Positions 22,961 through 25,774 of a DNA stretch of 25,774 nucleotides are shown in pieces. Each line of letters begins with the position of its first letter. The first letter of the stretch is position 1. A program made the position numbers and the translations under genes. The notes under the pieces were generated by a model. That model saw only the letters and a program-made list of their open reading frames with translations, was not told the origin of the DNA and did not search any database. Source of the DNA: a virus (lineage: Duplodnaviria > Caudoviricetes); the IMG/VR virus record IMGVR_UViG_3300037420_000233, positions 1 through 25,774 of that record; one strand, given 5' to 3'.

Positions 22961-24475
22961 TTAGTAGCCCGACGTCGGGTTGCGGCCTGCGTCATTGCCC
23001 CACTCTCCGTCGTGGAAGGTCTCGGCAATCGGCCAGGTGATGGCCATCTCGTCGTCGAACATGCGCGCCAGGGCGTCCAACATGTCGTCATGAGCGGCCA
23101 CCGGGAACGCCCGGTACTCCTGCTCCACGAACAATTTCACCAAGTCTTGCTCGCGGCCCTCGTAGTTGCTCTTGAGCATTGTCCGGGGCAGATAGACCCG
23201 GCCCTGCTCGAACCACGGGATCAGGCGCCGTATCCGGTCAGGCTTCGGCATGGGGCCGCCAAGTTCCGTGATGTGGAACCTGTAGTGCTCGCGGTCCTGA
23301 CGGTCCTGCATGTGCTCGATGTCAGCCATCATGCCGTAGCGCTCGTATCCGATCCGGAGCGGCTTCCAACGCTTGTGCCAAGCAAACATTAGGTCGGCGC
23401 GCTGGGTGAGCGACAGGCGGTCGCGCACCATGTCCAGCACATAGATGTTCTGGTCAGAGGCGAGGCCGATGGCCCAAGCGGCGGTGTAGTCCGACGTCTT
23501 CTTCTTGGCGCTCGCCGGGTCGACGAGGATGTAGACGTTCATTCCGACATGAGCGCCGGGCGTGTAGTACCGAAGCCACTCTTCCTTGAAGCCCTGCGTC
23601 TCGTCGGCCGATGGGTTTTGCAACATCTGACAAGCGAACACGTAAGGCCCGAAGTCGCGACGCTTCTCGGCCAGCTTCTCGCGAGTCAGAAAGACCGGCT
23701 CGCCGTCCACTGACCCATCGACCGTGGCCGCATAGGTCCGCGTCTGGACCGTGCCGCGCTCAATGATGGTCCCGTACGTGTCATTGTAATGGTAGCGAGT
23801 GCCAATGAAGCGGCGGACTCCATCGCGGGCACCCAAGTTGTAGCTCAGCGAAAGCGCGTCGGTCGTCTTTGCCATCATCTCCGGCGTCGTGACGCTTTTG
23901 TCCGTCACCACATCGTCGTAGACCAGCTTGTCGTAGTGCTTTGACGTCGGCTGGCCGTCCACCAGGCCCCACGCCTCAACGGTCGCTTCCTTCGGGTTGC
24001 CGGCCCGCTTGACGATGATCCCCTCATCCTCGGACCACTTGGGGCTGTCCTTGTCCGGGTTCGCCCAGAGCACGTCAGGGAACCAGCCCTTCAACGTCTC
24101 GTTGGCCTCGAACTCCCGCTTGATCTGCCGAAGGAACGCTTTGGCGATCGGGCGTGTGTGGCTGAAGATGCCGACCGTCGTCTCGGGATCGCGCAGGATG
24201 TCCTGAATAGTCAGCGCGAAGGTGATGATCGTGGACTTGTAGTGCTCCCGCGCCCACAGGTCCAAGTGGCCGTCCGGCGACGCCTGGACCTCTCGGCACC
24301 TGGCGAACACCCAATCGTTGTCGCAGTCTGGGCGACCTAGTCCATAGCGGAGCAGGAAGTACAGATCATTCCGGCACAGCCACCGAAGCGCCTCCTCAGG
24401 CGTCCGGCCGCTCTCCTCCGAGCGCTCCTGCAATCCAGCCAAGAGCTTCCGATAGCTCTGCCGGCTTGGCGCCAT
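22961..24475 (-). CDS. terL: Terminase large subunit, about 504 aa
   Basis: Walker A-like LWAREHYKST, Walker B LVYDDVV, coupling motif IGTRYH, FACQMLQNP, and nuclease motifs ILVDPAS...SDYTA and HDDMLDALA. The start is uncertain (24475, 24490 or 24526). Confidence 0.95.
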   Translation of the reverse strand: MAPSRQSYRKLLAGLQERSEESGRTPEEALRWLCRNDLYFLLRYGLGRPDCDNDWVFARCREVQASPDGHLDLWAREHYKSTIITFALTIQDILRDPETTVGIFSHTRPIAKAFLRQIKREFEANETLKGWFPDVLWANPDKDSPKWSEDEGIIVKRAGNPKEATVEAWGLVDGQPTSKHYDKLVYDDVVTDKSVTTPEMMAKTTDALSLSYNLGARDGVRRFIGTRYHYNDTYGTIIERGTVQTRTYAATVDGSVDGEPVFLTREKLAEKRRDFGPYVFACQMLQNPSADETQGFKEEWLRYYTPGAHVGMNVYILVDPASAKKKTSDYTAAWAIGLASDQNIYVLDMVRDRLSLTQRADLMFAWHKRWKPLRIGYERYGMMADIEHMQDRQDREHYRFHITELGGPMPKPDRIRRLIPWFEQGRVYLPRTMLKSNYEGREQDLVKLFVEQEYRAFPVAAHDDMLDALARMFDDEMAITWPIAETFHDGEWGNDAGRNPTSGY

Positions 24476-24848
24476 GAGTGACGCCAACATCTCCGGCGAG
24501 CTGAAGCTTGTCAGGGTTGAGCCCATTCAGTTTGGCCACATCCATCAGCGTCGCGCGGGCGACGGACAGCATCGGCGCTTCATCCTTGCCCTCGGCTTTG
24601 GTTGCGATGGCGAGAAGGCGTTCAGTCAGCGCGGCGACGGTGATTTCCGTTCGCGTCGCGGCGCGCTCCTGGATTTCTGACACCCGAGCCTGGACCTTAG
24701 CGTCACTTAGCAGTCGCGAGGCATTGGCATCTGTGGCCGCTTCGCTCTTGGTCTCGTAGCCCGCAACCTTGTAGGCGTCACGGCTAGACGTGCCCTTGGC
24801 GATCTCCTGGGCGAAGCGTTCGTGACGGGCATTTCCAAGCGCCGCCAT
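24396..24848 (-). CDS. terS: Terminase small subunit, 150 aa
   Basis: True start is ATG 24848 (TGATG). LGNARHERFAQEIAKG...AYKVAGY...NASRLL...VQARVSEIQ is the HTH typical of TerS. Confidence 0.9.
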   Translation of the reverse strand: MAALGNARHERFAQEIAKGTSSRDAYKVAGYETKSEAATDANASRLLSDAKVQARVSEIQERAATRTEITVAALTERLLAIATKAEGKDEAPMLSVARATLMDVAKLNGLNPDKLQLAGDVGVTHGAKPAELSEALGWIAGALGGERPDA

Positions 24849-25027
24849 CAGTTGACCTTCGTCGCCCCGGCTTCCCGTCGGTCCTGTTCGCACTGGAGTT
24901 CGAGGAACGCGGCCTTGTTGATGTTGTAGTGGTCGTGGGCGTCGAGCATGCCTTGCAGGCAACTGGCCTGGGCTTCGTCCAGCTCCTCGCCGGAGAGTTC
25001 TTCAGGTCTCTTCTTGTTGTAGAGCAT
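24848..25027 (-). CDS. Hypothetical protein, 59 aa (MLYNKKRPEELSGEELDEAQ...)
   Basis: GGGAGG SD lies 4 nt upstream of ATG 25027, and the stop overlaps the terS start. This is the 3' part of track ORF 24848..25165. Confidence 0.7.
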   Translation of the reverse strand: MLYNKKRPEELSGEELDEAQASCLQGMLDAHDHYNINKAAFLELQCEQDRREAGATKVN

Positions 25028-25064
25028 GGGTCCTCCCGGGATCTGTCCCGTTCGACCTGTGGCG

Positions 25065-25283
25065 TCAGCCTTTGCCGGCCAACATCGGATCGTCGTCGTG
25101 TGCCCAGCCCATCCGGCCCAAGTGCTGACCGCACGCGGAGCATTGCATGAGCGGGAACCAATCAACCTTGTCCCGCACCATCAGGAACGTCTTGTTCCGA
25201 CAGTTCTTGCAGGCCAGCAGCGCCCGCTCATCGTCTTCGACGTGCGGCGATCGAAACGCGAGATGAATTACGTTGTCGGTCAC
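25065..25283 (-). CDS. Small zinc-ribbon protein (CKNC-x19-CSAC), 72 aa
   Basis: GTG 25283 overlaps the upstream stop (GTGA). Two CxxC motifs are present. Confidence 0.7.
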   Translation of the reverse strand: MTDNVIHLAFRSPHVEDDERALLACKNCRNKTFLMVRDKVDWFPLMQCSACGQHLGRMGWAHDDDPMLAGKG

Positions 25284-25498
25284 TCTTTCGGTCCCGCGTT
25301 CCGGCTCGGCTCGTTCCATGCCGGCTGGTGGATGTGGTCTTCGTAGTCGGCCGGGACGTGGATGTGTTCCTGCATCGGGTCACCCGAATAAGCCGCGATC
25401 CATCTGTTCAGCGCGCCACAGGTGCACATGGGGGCTTGCTGGGTGATGGAGGCGCAGGTTGGGGAACAGGTGATGGTGTTGATATAGGGATCAGTCAT
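25280..25498 (-). CDS. Small Cys/His-rich hypothetical protein, 72 aa
   Basis: ATG 25498 (TGATG overlap). Contains CSPTC, CTC and the repeated EHIHVPA / DHIHQPA. Confidence 0.55.
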   Translation of the reverse strand: MTDPYINTITCSPTCASITQQAPMCTCGALNRWIAAYSGDPMQEHIHVPADYEDHIHQPAWNEPSRNAGPKE

Positions 25499-25764
25499 CA
25501 CGTCCCCGACCAATCAAACCACATGTACGTCGCCGGAACCTGGACCGGCCTTGGTTCCTCAACCTCCAGCCCATGCCTTCGCAGGATGAACTGGAGCGCG
25601 TCATCAGGGCCGTTCAGCTTCTCGATCAGAAGCCATCCGCCCTTCCCCCAGCCGACGAACTTCCAGACGTTCCAGATCCTTCCGGCCCGCTTCACCCGGT
25701 ACGGTGTCGCCGTGACCTTCGGAACCGATGTCAGGACAGACGGGAGCGTTCGCTTCCTGGACAC
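25498..25764 (-). CDS. Hypothetical protein, 88 aa
   Basis: Co-oriented ORF coupled to the next gene, with a Trp-rich basic beta segment (YRVKRAGRIWNVWKFVGWGKGGWLLIEK). Confidence 0.6.
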   Translation of the reverse strand: MSRKRTLPSVLTSVPKVTATPYRVKRAGRIWNVWKFVGWGKGGWLLIEKLNGPDDALQFILRRHGLEVEEPRPVQVPATYMWFDWSGT

Positions 25765-25774
25765 ATGCGAAAGC

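Larger units (their letters stand above)
1..25774 (-). mobile_element. Tailed phage / prophage late operon (P22-like short-tail morphogenesis module plus lysis genes)
   Basis: Co-oriented, coupled terS-terL-portal-scaffold-MCP-adaptor-gp10-ejection-fibre-holin-endolysin gene order. There is no tape measure or sheath gene. No att site or integrase is in the window, so free phage versus prophage cannot be decided. Confidence 0.96.

Overview
This GC-rich window is the late (virion morphogenesis and lysis) operon of a tailed phage or prophage with a short, P22-like tail. Nearly everything is on the minus strand and tightly packed, with many ATGA, TGATG and GTGA overlaps. In transcription order (right to left) it encodes four small hypotheticals, TerS, TerL, a small ORF, the portal (with an 85-aa gene overprinted in its 3' end), a GroES co-chaperonin, scaffold, a conserved head ORF, a capsid-associated protein and the major capsid protein. 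Next come a beta-helix protein, two small virion ORFs, a head-tail adaptor, an 844-aa Ig-repeat/beta-helix fibre, a gp10-like tail hub and three ejection-type proteins (one carrying a GH108 lysozyme). These are followed by a five-gene appendage cassette ending in a fibre with a C1q-like tip, a putative holin, a SAR-type GH24 endolysin and a calcineurin-like metallophosphoesterase. I found several ORFs absent from or mis-started in the supplied track. The most notable observations are: two small plus-strand membrane-protein genes with similar upstream motifs that bracket the appendage cassette; a run of tail/ejection genes sharing one reading frame and separated only by single stop codons; an SD-led uORF overlapping the holin start; and the portal overprint. 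All product calls come from motif recognition and synteny, with no database search. An alphaproteobacterial host is a guess. No tRNA, rRNA, CRISPR array, integrase, transposase or reverse transcriptase was seen.
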